Source: Octopus vulgaris
Lineage: Eukaryota
Assembly: GCA_951406725.2 (NCBI GenBank)
Contig: OX597817.1
Coordinates: forward strand, 74,462,001-74,526,000
Reading direction: 5' to 3'
DNA: 64,000 nt
Shown: piece by piece, positions 26,024 to 39,113 of the stretch
How positions within the stretch are numbered: position 1 is the stretch's first letter
Layout: each line of letters opens with the position of its first letter
Translations under genes and position numbers: made by a program
The notes under the pieces: model-generated
Told to the model about the DNA's origin: nothing
Database searches by the model: none
The model's input: the letters and a program-made list of their open reading frames with translations, nothing else

Positions 26024-26955
26024 GGTGAGGTGGTGAAGCACGACCTTCGAACTTTAGGCCTCACTGAGGAAATGACCAGAGACCGAGACCTTTGGAAATA
26101 TTCTGTACGTGAGAAGACCAGGCAGGACAAGTGAGCCCAGCCCACTTATGAATGCCTTTCCTCCCTTGGACACAAAGACCGGTTGAGGCAAGCGAAGTCG
26201 ATATAGAACCTCATCCGACGACAGACACCCATGCCAACCCCCCATGCTTGCAAAGACATGTTGGGGCAAGCGAAATCGAAATCGAAACCGAATTGAACCA
26301 GCCAGGATCCCTGGCCTGGTGGTACGTAAAAAGCACTATCCGACTCGTGGCCGTGGCACGTAAAATACTCCAATGCGACCGTACGACAGGCACCCATGCC
26401 AACCCCCTTTGCTTGTGAAGACATGTTGGGGCAAGCGAAATCGAAATCGAATTGAACCAGCCAGGATCCCTGGTCTAGTGGTACGTAAAAAGCACTATCC
26501 GACTCGTGGCCGTGGCACGTAAAATACTCCAATGCGACCGTACGACAGGCACCCTTGCCAACCCCCTTTGCTTGTGAAGACATGTTGGGGCAAGCGAAAT
26601 CGAAATCGAATTAAACCAGCCAGGATCCCTGGTCTGGTGGTACGTAAAAAGCACTATCCGACTCGTGGCCGATGCCAGCACCGCCTCGACTGGCTTCCAT
26701 GCCGGTGGCACATAAAATACACCAATCTGACCATGGCCGTTGCCAGCCCCGCCTGGCACCTGTGCAGGTGGCACGTAAAAAGCACCCACTACACTCACGG
26801 AGTGGTTGGCATTAGGAAGGGCATCCAGCTGTAGAAACATTGCCAGATTAGACTGGAGCCTGGTGCAGCCTTCTGGCTTCCCAGAACCCCGGTCGAACCG
26901 TCCAACCCATGCTAGCATGGAGAACGGACGTTAAACGACGATGATGATGATGATG
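26024..26955 (+). mobile_element. Younger 5'-truncated RTE LINE (ORF end + 3' UTR + (GAT)n)
   Basis: VVKHDLRTLGLTEEMTRDRDLWKYSVREKTRQDK* (RTE C-terminal D..lgl....DR..W motif), then a 3' UTR with a ~175-bp internal tandem duplication and (GAT)n tail; candidate short TSD ATAAT. Confidence 0.8.
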
Positions 26956-28050
26956 ATAATAGCACTGATTTGACAGTTACAATGAATAACTTGATTTTGT
27001 CTCACCTGGACAATTTGGAATTACAATCATTATAAAAAGTAAATCAAATAAAGTTAAGGTGGTATTGAAACATGATACAATAAAACTTTTTACTATGGTT
27101 AAACATTTACTGACCTAGGCTAAAATAGATAAAAATAAATGAATATATTCCAAGTAGTACCAAAATATATCATGATTTGGTGGGCCAAGTTGCTAATACT
27201 AATGCCTATAGAAAGAGGCATCAGCATGGAACATAGACTAGTTAATTAAAGTTACAAAGAAAGAAATTATCAGTGGTTTAATTCTATTTAAAAGAGATTA
27301 TATTTTGTTAAAGACAAAATTTCTTTTAATTTAGCTAAGCAGAATAAGATGAATTCAATATGTATGGTATGATTTAAGGGGGAAAAAACACTAATAAAGA
27401 AAAAAAAGATTCATCAATAAATAAAGTGCAATAAATTAAATTAATAAATCAATGGGGGAGAATTAAAGTGCAAGAAAATTAATATATTTAAATGGCATAT
27501 TGTACTTATTTTGTTTTTTAATTTTTCTAAAAGGATTAGAGCACTTCTTCTTACATCACCATGAAGTGAGTTCCACAAGACTAATTTTCAGCACTCTTCA
27601 CTATGTGTGTGTTTGTGTGCATAAAGACATGTGGCTTAGTGATTAGGGCATTCAGCTCATAATCATAAGTTCAATTCACAATGGCATGTTGAGTCATTGA
27701 ACAAGACACTTTATTTCATGTTGATCCAGTCCACTCAGCTGGCAAAAATGAGTAGTACCTGTATTCCAAAGGGCCAACCTTGTCACACTTTATGTCACGC
27801 TGAATCCCCCTGAGAACTAGGTTAAGGGCACATGTGTCTGTGGAGTGCTCAGCCACTTGCTCATTAATTTCATGAGCAGGCTGTTCTACTGATTGGATCA
27901 AGTGAAACCCTTGTTGTCATAACCGACAGAGTGCCATAGATATATGTGAGGTGATGAGGACAATGATATATCAGAATGTTACAAATAAAATTAAAAAAAC
28001 ATATATGCTGAAATATTACAAATCTGAAATATATTTTTCAAAAACAGAAC

Positions 28051-28125
28051 CTTTTCTGCGTTTCTTTTCTAAAACACCGGTTTTGGTAGGATTTACAATG
28101 TCTGTGGCAGCTATGAAGGGAATTG
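28051..28125 (-). CDS. SKAP2: SKAP2-like exon 4 (start of PH domain)
   Basis: cag|CA...AAA G|gttctg, 75 nt, phase 1-1. SIPFIAATDIVNPTKTGVLEKKRRK versus recalled PPIAAQDLPFVLKAGYLEKRRK. Confidence 0.82.
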
Positions 28126-29651
28126 CTGTGAAGAAAGAAAAACAAAATTTCAACAATAATACAACGAAAGAAATTGAGAATTTTTTCCTTCTTTATTATT
28201 TTATTATTTGTACTAATCTAGATGCTAACAGCTGAGTTAGGGTTAGTGTTGGATCACTAGCAAAACTTTGAGACCTATGAATGTTTCATTGTTCGTTGTT
28301 ATGTTTTAGCAATAGTTGGATGTATTCAACTTCTAAGAGTAAATAATTAAAAAAAGAAATGAAAATATTTGCTTCCACTGCAAGCTATAATTATTGTCAA
28401 CCCCAATTTAATGCAAAATAAGAAATTAATAAGGTGATTGATAGTTTTTCCTAAAAAAACAATATCTTGTCTTGTTTTCTGTTATAATTCCATTCACAAC
28501 TAGGATGCACCATAGAAATAAAATCAGATTTCTCGACCAGTACTTTATATTATCAACCCCAGAAGCAGGAGTTGTTATCTAGCTTATTTGACAATTTCTT
28601 TGTCAGTGTCCTTGTTTCACTGCTATATAATAGCATTGGTTTTGATATAGATGCTATGAATGTCCCTAAATGTGATATAGCAGCAACATATGATGAATGC
28701 CTTTATGGAGCACTCTAACAGTGCTGCTAATTCACTGCTTATGTTGTTATTATTACTTTTATATTTATATAAGAGTTTCACAAAGGACACTTTCCAGGTA
28801 ACAGCAAGTTCGTCAGCCTGAGCTTGAAGGAATTTATCATCAATATGTCAGTATTATTTTGATTCATTTTCATCTTATTAACAGAAGCTACTTAAAATTA
28901 AGTAGAATTTTAATCTATTCAACAGGATATTAGAAATGAAAATGAAACAAAATTTCATTTAGTTTGTATGAGCCATGCTCATCTATTTTCTGATCTATTT
29001 GAAAATGAGAACTATAGTCAATTGTTTTGTTTGTTTTTTCTCTTATGCTACAATTTATGAACAATGGCATCACTGATTATGAATTTTCAGTAATTGATTG
29101 CTAGTTTACTACATTTCTGAAGGCAAATGCCTGAAGACAAATGTTAGGGTGTGACACTAGCATGTTGATTTCTTAACAATGTTTACATCCTTCACTGACA
29201 TACACAGATGTAGATTGCAGACATCTCTACCAAATTCCACTCACATAACACTGGTCAACCTGAGGCTGTGGTAAAAGATATTTGACCAAAATGTCATACT
29301 CTCAGATGGAACCAGGAATCATGTGGTTACAAAGTGAACTTCTTAACAAAACAGCTATACCTAAAATCATTAACACCAGCACATACCTACTAATTATTCT
29401 ATAAATCTCTGAAAGATGAAAGCAAAATAAACAATCCAGTCATATTTTTGAGTTCAGAACTATTTTTAAACAAGAATAATTGGTAGACAAAATACTACGA
29501 GTGCTATGTCTCACATTCCAATATTTCTGTTGGAAAATGGAAAATAATACCATGCCATTCTTAAATCCAAAATTGTAAACAGAAAATCAATAAAACAGTG
29601 ATAAATTCTTGTGATAAATACAAAAAAATGTAAAACATGGAAAATACTTAC

Positions 29652-29747
29652 AGTCTGAATATCCAACTTCATCTTCCTCCGTATTTGTACTTCCCCCAGT
29701 AAATGAAGACTCATCTCTGCTATCTTCTGACAAACCAACACTGCTAC
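29652..29747 (-). CDS. SKAP2: SKAP2-like exon 3 (acidic/Ser linker)
   Basis: tag|GT...GAC T|gtaagt, 96 nt, phase 1-1, open frame SSSVGLSEDSRDESSFTGGSTNTEEDEVGYSD. Low complexity, so support comes mainly from splice signals and phase. Confidence 0.7.
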
Positions 29748-31456
29748 CTACAATGGAAACAGAACTCCAGGAATATTTTATAAAACAACAGAGAATGCAA
29801 CATAGTTTTAAATGATAATATGATGAAGATAGCTGTTAAAGTAAAGAGGTAGGATATGGCCACCTGAATCAGCCTCGGTAGTTTACTAACTATGAAAAGC
29901 AGCGTAGATCCTAGCAGAATTTAAACTCAGAACAGTGAAAACTGAAACATTAAGCATGTCCAGTTTGGTTTTCTTCTATTGTTTTTCCTTACCATATAAT
30001 CATTTTGAGTAAGTCCTTAATCTTCCATATATTAACCCTTTTGTTACCATATTTCTTCTAAAGTACATCTCCTTTGTTTCAATTAATTTTGAAAATAATG
30101 AAGAATTTAGTAAAATAACATTGTCATTATTAAGCTGGTGAAATTTTGATGAGAGGTTTTAGTTTAGATCACTTTTTCACAGGCAGTCTGTGTCATAGAA
30201 TCTGTGATGGTCTCAGGTGGGTTGGAATAAAAAAGGATTAAATATTTTAACACTAATTTAACTATTGTTTTTTACATAGCTGTTGTCTGAATAATATATT
30301 CTTAGAACAATTCCATATTCCTACACTAACAAATATTGTACATTTATTTAAATGACTGTCTCTTGAATACAGTGAAGTCTGTACTCAACTGATGAGGTCA
30401 TAATAGCTCTGAAACATCCAGAGTTATCTTTTGAACTTGCCAAAATTAAAATTAAAATATTAGTCATTGACTAATATTTTATATTTGTTTGTGTTTCCTC
30501 ACAGCGAGGATGACAGGGGACCAAGACTTCTGGTGGTTTGCTGGGCTTGAAAAGACATGTTAAGCTAAGCATAGCTGCCCTTGCATACAGACTCATCCCT
30601 TGGAATCCTCTCCAGCTGAGTATCCCTAATCTTGCAGACTTGTAAGTGCTGGTGCCATGTAAAAAGCACCCAGTACACTCTGTAAAGTGGTTGGCATTAG
30701 GAGGGGCATCCAACCATAGAAACCATGCCAAAACAGACATGGAGCTTGAATAGCCCTTCAGCTAGTCAGCTGCTAGCAAACTGTCCAACTCATGCCAGCA
30801 TAGAAAATCGATGTTAAATGATGATAATGATGATGATGATGATGAAGCAACTGCATAGTTATTTTTACTTCACTTTTTAATCCCTTAGAATTCATATTAC
30901 TCTGTCAAATATTTTGAATTAATCATGCATTGTCTTATAGCTTCAAGATTTCAATGATGTAATTGTTTATTTTTATAATGACACTGTAGAGTAGGTGTGA
31001 GAGACTGGATCTGGCCAGTTCAAAATTGGGAGAATATTTGGGCTGAATATAGCCAGTTTAAATGCCCACAGCTTCAGAAGTAAGACAAAATGGCTAAAGT
31101 AAAATTTGATGTGGCTAGTGGAACAGCATCTTAATTCATAAAGACTGTGCCAAATTATAAGAAATTCCTTATATTGAAATTGTTTTAGTACTGACATAAT
31201 AAAAACCATTATTTAAAAGAGAAAGAATTCTTGATTTGGCACACTTTTGGAACCAAATTATAATTCCTTATTATAGTGAAATTGTTTTAGTATTTACATA
31301 ATATAATTTATTGTTTAAAAGAGAAAAAATTCATTTTTACTTGATTTTTGGCATACTCTAGACCAAATTATAATAATTTCCTTATTATACTGGAAATGTT
31401 TTAACACATACATAATATATAATACTTTAATCAAAAGCGAAAGAATTACTACTCAC

Positions 31457-31630
31457 TTGATTTCGGCACACTTTTTGGACTGGTGCCTACTGGTGGAACA
31501 ACATCAATTTGAAGCTGAGGGTATTCTTGCTTCAAATTATTTAACTTTTCCAAAAGTAAGTTCCGGCTTTTGTTTGTGCTGCTACTGAGATTCTCATTTT
31601 TTAATGTTTCCACAAGAAACTTTTCTACAT
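31457..31630 (-). CDS. SKAP2: SKAP2-like exon 2 (dimerisation domain)
   Basis: cag|AT...TCA A|gtgagt, 174 nt, phase 1-1. DVEKFLVETLKNENLSSSTNKSRNLLLEKLNNLKQEYPQ resembles recalled SKAP2 DVETFVADILKGENLS. Confidence 0.88.
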
Positions 31631-31984
31631 CTGAATAGAAATAAATAACATAAGAAAGATTTTTTTTAAATTTTCAAATATCACTTTAAAAAGCACTAAG
31701 TCATGTTGTTTTGTTTGTATTTTTGTGATTTAAAACAAAAATTTTAGTTTTTCAAGAAGAAGACAAAAAAAAAGGAATTGTGTAGATAAAATGTTTAATG
31801 TCAAGTTTCAACATTATGACTAACAATATTGTTGTCTTTAATTAAAAGAAGTAACACTTGAAACTAGTCATTATACTCATCGCTCTACTTCTTATCACTC
31901 ATAATATTTTTGTCTCCTATCTTAAGTCTTGCAGAAAATATTACTCAGAAAACATCACACACACATACATACATGCACTATAAA

Positions 31985-32196
31985 AAGCCTAAGCAAAAAG
32001 GGAACACTTATGGTGAATTAATGTGGAACTTACAGCTCCGGTACCCTGACTATAAATTCTCATTTGTAATTTGTACCTATCATCCGAGGTGCATTAGACT
32101 ATGTACCTTCAAATTTATACAAAACCCAAGAAATACTAGGTTTTTCAAAGAAACAGCTAAAGAAACTGATGTGGATTCTCTAAATCCAACCTATTA
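31985..32196 (+). mobile_element. 3' relic of an RLE-type non-LTR retrotransposon (R4/NeSL/CRE-like); resumes at 34590-34627
   Basis: KGNTYGELMWNLQLRYPDYKFSFV...PIIRGALDYVPSNL...LGFSKKQLKKL...IQPI|SSTVKICKSFQGF resembles the C-terminus of restriction-like endonuclease domains (PxxxGxxG). Confidence 0.55.
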
Positions 32197-34586
32197 CACT
32201 GGTCTGCATGATTTTTTTTTATTGGTTGTATGCTATCTTTTTCTGAATATATATGAAAAATAATGAGTCATTGTGTTTTTTATTCATCTCTATCACATCA
32301 GGTTGTCAAGTTATATGGAGATGTTACTTTTCTCTTTTTGTTTAACATAAGTAAATGATAAATTAAAATACTTACTTTATATTGACTTAAATGTTAAATC
32401 TAATATATTTTTCTTTATTTTCAGTCTGTGAAAATGTCTAGAGGCTGCATCAATTAGCCAGATATATTCTATGTCAGTGGGTAATTCACCCCTTCAGATT
32501 CCCAGAGCAATAGTACTCCTTTGTTGAAGTGCTGCTATTTAACTTATTTTGGTTGCAAACTAGGAGACCAGGGCAAGCCATTTGCACCTCACAAAGCTTG
32601 CAAGAGTTGATTCAGTAAGCCTCAAATGTGGTCAGTTGGAAAACTTAAATGTATGCCCTTTGGTACAGCGGGAGCAGATGAACCACTATGATGACTGCTA
32701 CTTTGGATTCAACAAGAAGACTAAAGATCAAGGCGGCAAGCTGGCAGAAATGTTAGCACACCGGGCAAAATGCTTAGTGGTATATCGTCTACTGTTACGC
32801 TCTAAGTTCAAATTCTGCCGAGGTCAACTTTGCCTTTCATCCTTTCGGGGTCGATAAATTAAGTACCAGTTATGCACTAGGGTCGATGTAATCGACTTAA
32901 TTCCTTTGTCTGTCCTTGTTTGTCCCCTTTATGTTTAGCCCCTTGTGAGCAATAATGAAATAAGAAGACTAAAGATCACATAATATACCCAAATATTCCT
33001 TCAACAATAAGACCTGTTCCACACTCAGATGATATACCTGTACCTGTGCCTCCTGAGACACGGGAAATTTAATCAGAGTCTGATACTAGTGATACTAATG
33101 AGATGGAAGTAGATTATGAGCCACCAACAAATGACGATTCCAAATCATTTAACCAAGTTGAGCTCAATGACTTGGTTAGAGACCTTAACCTTCCAAAAGG
33201 AAGTGCACAGTTATTTGGCTCTAGACTGCAGGAACATAAGCTCCTAACTCCTGGAACAACATTCGCTTGGTACCATCATCGTGAAGCAGAATTCATTCAG
33301 TTCTTTGAGAAAGAGGATTCTTTAGTTTTCTATTCAAATATTTCTGGCCTTATTGAACACATGGGGATGTCATACAAAGCAGATGAATAGAGGCTCTTCA
33401 TTGATTCTTCTAATAGAAGTTAAAGGCTGTTCTTCTCTACAATGGCAAACACAACTGAATCTGTGCCAACTGACCATAGTGTCCAAATGCCAGAAACACA
33501 GAAAAATATGAAGACAATAATAACGGCAATCAAGTACCATAATCACAATTTTCTCATTTCTGGTGATTTAAAAGTTATTGCTCTCCTACTAGGTCTTCAA
33601 GAGGGATACACTGAGTATCCCTGTTTGCTGTGTCTTTGAGATGGTAGGGCAGACACCCAACACTATGAACAAATAGACTGGCCATCAAGAACCAGCTTCT
33701 TACTCGGAAATCAAAACATGAAAGCTATGCTACTAGTTGACCCAAAAAAAATTCTGCTGCCACCACTCCACATCAAATTAGGGCTTATGAAAAATTTTGC
33801 AAAGACCCTGAACAGGAATGGATCTGCTTTCAAGTACCTGGAGTCAAAGTGTCCTCATATAAGTGAAGGCAAGCTAAAAGCAGAAATCTTTGTTGGCCCT
33901 CAGATTCAGAAACTGATGAGGGACAAGCAATTTGAGAAAGTATTAGCAGGTGTCAAAGTGTCCAAAACTTCTTAAGAAACAGCAGCTCCCCAGAAAATGA
34001 AAAAATGATCCAAGACCTGATATCAAGTTTCCAACAACTTGGGTCTAGAATGAGTGTGAAGATTTCCCCAAGAATTGTGGGGACTACAGTGAAGAACAAG
34101 GAGAGCGGTTTCATCAAGACATTTGCGGCATGGAAACTCGATACAAGGGCAAACAGAATGTCAACATGATGGTGGATTACTACTGGACATTGAAACATGA
34201 TGGTCCCAATGCACAGCACAAGCAGAAATCAAAGCGGCCCTTCTTTTGAATTAATATGTAGGCTAACCATTAGGAGCATACTTTTTACATTCATTTGGTT
34301 TGATGTTGATAATTCTGATTCATTTCATAATGAACATGGTTCATTTCATGTTGATTTGAAAAACATATGTTCTTAAAACTAAGAGAATGAGTTTTTCCTT
34401 GATTACTTGTTTCATTTTAATAAAGTAATGATTTATTAAAAATTCACATTTTTTATTATTAATAATTTTATTCAACATCTTTATGTGACAGAGCAAAATG
34501 GTTTAGATATTTAAAATCAGCACCCCAAGAATATGTAACATCACACCCATGAATAAAAATAAAAAATTCCCAAATGCAGGCCAGTG
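32197..34586 (+). mobile_element. Decayed full-length DNA transposon, Chapaev3-like (CMC group)
   Basis: TIR CACTGG(T/C)CTGCAT, CAC...GTG ends, 3-bp TSD TTA/GTA. Broken transposase from ATG 32434 to ~34250 with KLGDQGK, NHYDDCYF, FNQVELNDLVRDLNL, RLFIDSS, GDLKVIALLLGLQEGYT, LPPLHIKLGLMKNF and SEEQGERFHQDI. Superfamily assigned from memory. Confidence 0.75.
32731..32961 (+). mobile_element. tRNA-derived SINE inserted in the transposase
   Basis: Perfect 17-bp TSD AAGAAGACTAAAGATCA (32714-32730/32962-32978). Confidence 0.9.
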
Positions 34587-35449
34587 GTAGCAGCACAGTG
34601 AAGATTTGTAAGTCGTTCCAAGGATTCTACATCTGAGATTTTTTAGGCAAATAGATATACACATTTAGATGTATGTATCATCAGCTCAATCAACACATCA
34701 ACTCAACACCAGGAACTCTCTTAACTCCAAAAAGTCTTGTCACTTTGTTAGTGAACGGCTTGAATGTTCTTAAGAACTTAAATAAAACTTAATGAAAAAT
34801 CATGTGTATGTATGTGTGTGTGTGTGTGTGTGTGTGGTTGTGCGGTTAAGAAATCCACTTTGCATAGTTTCAGGTTTAGTCACATATTTTCTAGAGTTCA
34901 GTCCTACTGTGCAGAAACTTGAGCAGGAGTTTCTAACTTTAGTCCAACTAGTGCTATATGAGTGAATATAGTACACAAAAAGCGTAGAAAGCTTATTGTA
35001 TGAGTGTGCCTGTGTGTGAGAGAGCATATAAGTATGCATGCAGTGCATATATATATATATATATATATAGTGTGTGTGTGTGTCTTATGAGCTCTTCTGT
35101 CATTAGACAACAGATGAGAGTTCCGCAATTTTTTACTGAACAACCACACGGATGATTTACTTATAGTGACCAGATGTTTGTGTTCACATAAACTCACTCC
35201 CTCCATCGAATTGACATTACCTGTACAGGTGCACAAGTATGCCGCATGTCAAATATCAAAATGATCACACAGCAGCATGAAATGAAGTGTTTGGCTCAAG
35301 AACACAATACAACACCTGGTCTGGGAATTGAAACCACAATTTGTGATTGTAAGTACAACACCCTAACCACAAGGCCATGCACTTTCACTTAATACACACA
35401 CACACACACACATATATGTATTTCACTTTTGAAGTCTGGAGAAGGGATA

Positions 35450-36720
35450 GGCTGTCCAAGAGGCTAAGCTTGATATTATAATTGTTCTGTTTAAACCAAA
35501 CAGGAAAGACGTGAATAGGGAGAAGTTTCTGGAGAGAAAGGGCGTACTGGTTAATGAAGGGTTGAGAAAGCTGGATGCACCAAGAGTGAGGAGAAGTGAG
35601 GAGATGGGTGGGTCATAAGTACCTAAATGGAGGAGGTACGAAGCCAGCCAACTCCAAGAAATAGAGACCCTTATAGAGGTAACAGAAAAGGTAGAGAGAC
35701 AAGAGACAGTATATTTGTAGGTCAGGAATTAAGGACATGTGCAGCCAGGGATAAGTGACATAAAACTGGTAGAATCCCAACCAGTCTTGGAGAGCTATAG
35801 TATCTAAAGAAAGGGGGTACTATGCAAATATGTGATAGCACATTGGACAATTGCAATGAAGCAGTAATTAGATGATTCAATAGGTACAGGGAAGGACGTG
35901 GTTTGGAAAAGGTCGAGTTTTTAGGTTAGAAAAGGGTGTTTGAATGTCAGGGTCCATGTGGAGTGTGAGTAGGAAATGAAATGCATTGGTGTAAAGAGTT
36001 GAGAATAGCAAAGGATTCAGCCTTTGCACTGACAGCATCAGTGTGGGAACCATGAGGAGTAGGGAACGCTGAAGTCACCTAGGACAATAATTTCAAAAAG
36101 GGAGATAAACGTTCTCAGTGCAACAGGAGATACAGTCAAAGAGTTGCTGAAGGTTTAGGAAGTTCAGAGCGTGATAGAAGGAACAGATATATTTAGGTGA
36201 ATGAGAGAGAGAGAAAATTGAGCCAGAATGACTGGCGGAGAGCTGGCAGAAACGTTAGCATGTCGGGTGAAATGCTTAGTGGTATTTGATCTTCTGCTAC
36301 GTTCTGAGTTCAAATTCCACCGAGGTCGACTTTGCCTTTCATCCTTTCGGGGTCGATTAAATAAGTACCAGTTACGCACTGGGGTCGATATAATCGACTT
36401 AATCTGTTTGTTTGTCCCCTGTGTGTGTATCCCCTTGTGGACAGTAAAGAAATAAGAATGACTGGAAATCATTATTGTTCAAATTTAGACAAGAAAAATG
36501 AAAGGCAGAGAGAGTGGAGTCTATATATATGTAGATACCACATTTTGGAGTCAAATTTGAGTAGAGAGTGTACAATGGGCAAGAGAGATAGATAGGGGCT
36601 GAGAAATTTGTACCTTAGAGAGAATTCAGTGTGGTTAGAGTGTAAGAGATGTGTGGGATCAAGGTTGGTGAGAAATCCTTGAATGTTTGAAAAGAGGGGA
36701 AAGAATTGAGCAAGAAAGTG
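35450..36720 (-). mobile_element. Old LINE endonuclease-region relic interrupted by a SINE
   Basis: Minus strand FSNIQGFLTNL (NIRGL-like), IIVLGDFSV (GDFN-like) and PTH motifs. SINE at ~36234-36454 with TSD AGAATGACTGG. Confidence 0.55.
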
Positions 36721-38598
36721 CAGATGGTGATGGTACATAGAATGCTTATGGAAATCACTAAACCAGAGGCCTGGTCCAAATGCTTACAACAGTGTGAACT
36801 CTGCTAAAAGTATCGAAAAAGCCAAATGGTACACTAAGCTAGGTGGTGAAGTACACCTACTCAAAGTGCACTACTATCAAATAGCCCTACCCCATCATCT
36901 CCCCACCCCTTATCCTTCCATCACTCTTCTAAATATTGCATTATTTTGCTGCTGTAATTAAAGTAGAATTACATATTGCATCTCTCTCTCTCTGGAACCA
37001 CTTCCTTTTGACATCCATCCTTCATACTTAACATCATGGTTCCTCATTTCTAAACTGCCAGTCCTCACTCTCTCTCCTCAAAACCACTTACTATTGACAC
37101 ATATATCTCACTCTTAATGTCATCTCATATTTATCATTGACCAGCCGCCACTTTTGTTTGCTACTCACTACATTCACCCCTATGTACCTCTGACCACCTC
37201 CACCTCTGCTATTATCTGATTTAGCTCTCCCTGACACTCTTGGCTTCTTTTCTGTTCACTCCCTTTCTATAAGTGCCAGTTATCACTTCCTCTCCACTGA
37301 GCCACTTCTCCTGACATCTATTCCTCATTCATATCACCAATTCTCACACTCATAATTACCACTGACCATTCGCTATATTCACTCCTGTCCCCATCTCTTA
37401 CTCTTTCCAATACTCTTGCAGCCTTTACCCATCCACCTGATCTTCTGTCCCATTCACTCTTCTATTCAACTTGTACTTTGAGGATAGACTCAGACACATC
37501 ATCGCACTTATCTTTATCTGTTTCCAGCTCCACCCCAATTACTTCAACCCATCCTTATATAATGCAAGATAGCCATGTATCTCTTACAACAAGAAACTTC
37601 TGTTCTGTTCTGGCACCATCTATCATGCTTTAACTGCTCAACACCAAGCATAAAACCACCTCCCTTTCTACTCTACCAACCATTTTAGTGCTACAAGCCA
37701 CACGGTAACTTCACTAGTATTGGTGCCATGAAGAGCACTTGGTACATTGTAAAATGGCTGACATTAGAAAGAGCATCCAATTATAGAAAGCTTGCCGAAT
37801 GGTTTCTGCAGCTGGATGGCCTTCCTAACATTAGAGCAAAATGTGGTCTTCTGACCTACTGGACCTTGTTGAACAGTCCCCCACCTATGCTAGCATGGAA
37901 AGCAGACATGAAGATGATAATGATTATATTTATGTATTTCATTACTCTTGGCACACTTAAGAGCTTCCCAACCCTGATTCAGTCTTTATGATTTTGTCTG
38001 AAACAGGTTTATAAAGCTGTAAACTAAACAATAGTAAATATATATAACTCTACTTCTGAGTGCATTGAGGTGAGAATGCTTTAAAACTATAAACAAGCAC
38101 ACAAAAAAAATCTATGCATGCATGCACATATACATATATATAAAACATGTAAGATATATATATATATATATATATAATCATCGTTTAACGTCCGTTTTCC
38201 ATGCTAGCATGGGTTGGACGGAATATATATATATCGTTACCAGCGTTACCTTACTGGCACTTGTGCCGGTGGCACGTGGGAAATCATTCGAGTGAGGTCG
38301 TTGTCAGTGCCGCTGGACTGGCTCCTGTGCCGGTGGCATGTAAGAAACACCGTTTGAGCGTAGCTGTTGCCAATACCGCCTGGCAGGCCCTCGTGCCGGT
38401 GCCACATAAAAGCACCTACTACACTCTCGGAGTGGTTGGCATTAGGAAGGGCATCAAGCCATAGAAACACTGCCAGATCAGATTGGAGACTGGTGCAGCC
38501 ATCTGGTTCACCAATCCTCAGTCAAATCGTCGAACCCATGCTAGCGTGGAAAGCGGACGTTAAACGATGCTGATGATGAGGATATGCAAATACATATA

Positions 38599-38635
<37 letters not shown>

Positions 38636-38728
38636 TACACACATATTAATACATGACATATCTACATATATATATACAGACTATCATTAATACAGACCAA
38701 CACATCTCTCTCTCTCACTACACACACA

Positions 38729-39113
38729 TCAGATGGCTGATCCCCCTTATGTTATAGAGCAGTTACTGTTTATATCTCGCTCAGAGATTTATTATTGTTT
38801 TTGAACGGTTTTTCTACGCCAGTGACTGTGGTTACTGTGAAAATCTATATATCCAGCCTGTAGAGGGAGTCCCTCAACGAAGAGCGGTGCTTACCATACA
38901 TTGACAAGAGGCAATAACCTCGAAACCGGTCCGTATGTAGTATCCGTATCTTCGGGAGGCTGATCTCCCTTTGCAGGCTGGCAAGGACACCGAGATGGTG
39001 TCAGCCCTTCTGGTGACGTTGATGTTCGCCTGGGGCTAAATGCATCAGTAACACCCCCACCACCCCGCCCTGACCCTAGCCACATTCAGATGGCTGATCC
39101 CCCTTATGTTATA
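38729..39113 (+). mobile_element. Penelope/retrozyme-like unit with 28-bp terminal direct repeats
   Basis: TCAGATGGCTGATCCCCCTTATGTTATA at 38729 and 39086 (period 357); internal hammerhead relic; no meaningful ORF. Confidence 0.55.
38895..38937 (+). ncRNA. Decayed minimal type I hammerhead ribozyme
   Basis: CATACA-TTGACAA-GAGG-CAATAA-CCTC-GAAAC-CG-GTC-CGTATG. Stems I/II and palindromic stem III (ACCGGT) are present, but the core CTGACGA reads TTGACAA. Confidence 0.6.

Noticed and set aside
25520-28645. Apparent tandem duplication including SKAP exon 4 (colinear matches 25520/27025, 25755/27545, 25960/28570)
   Set aside because: The matching pieces translate as RTE LINE fragments on the minus strand, and no second exon copy is present.
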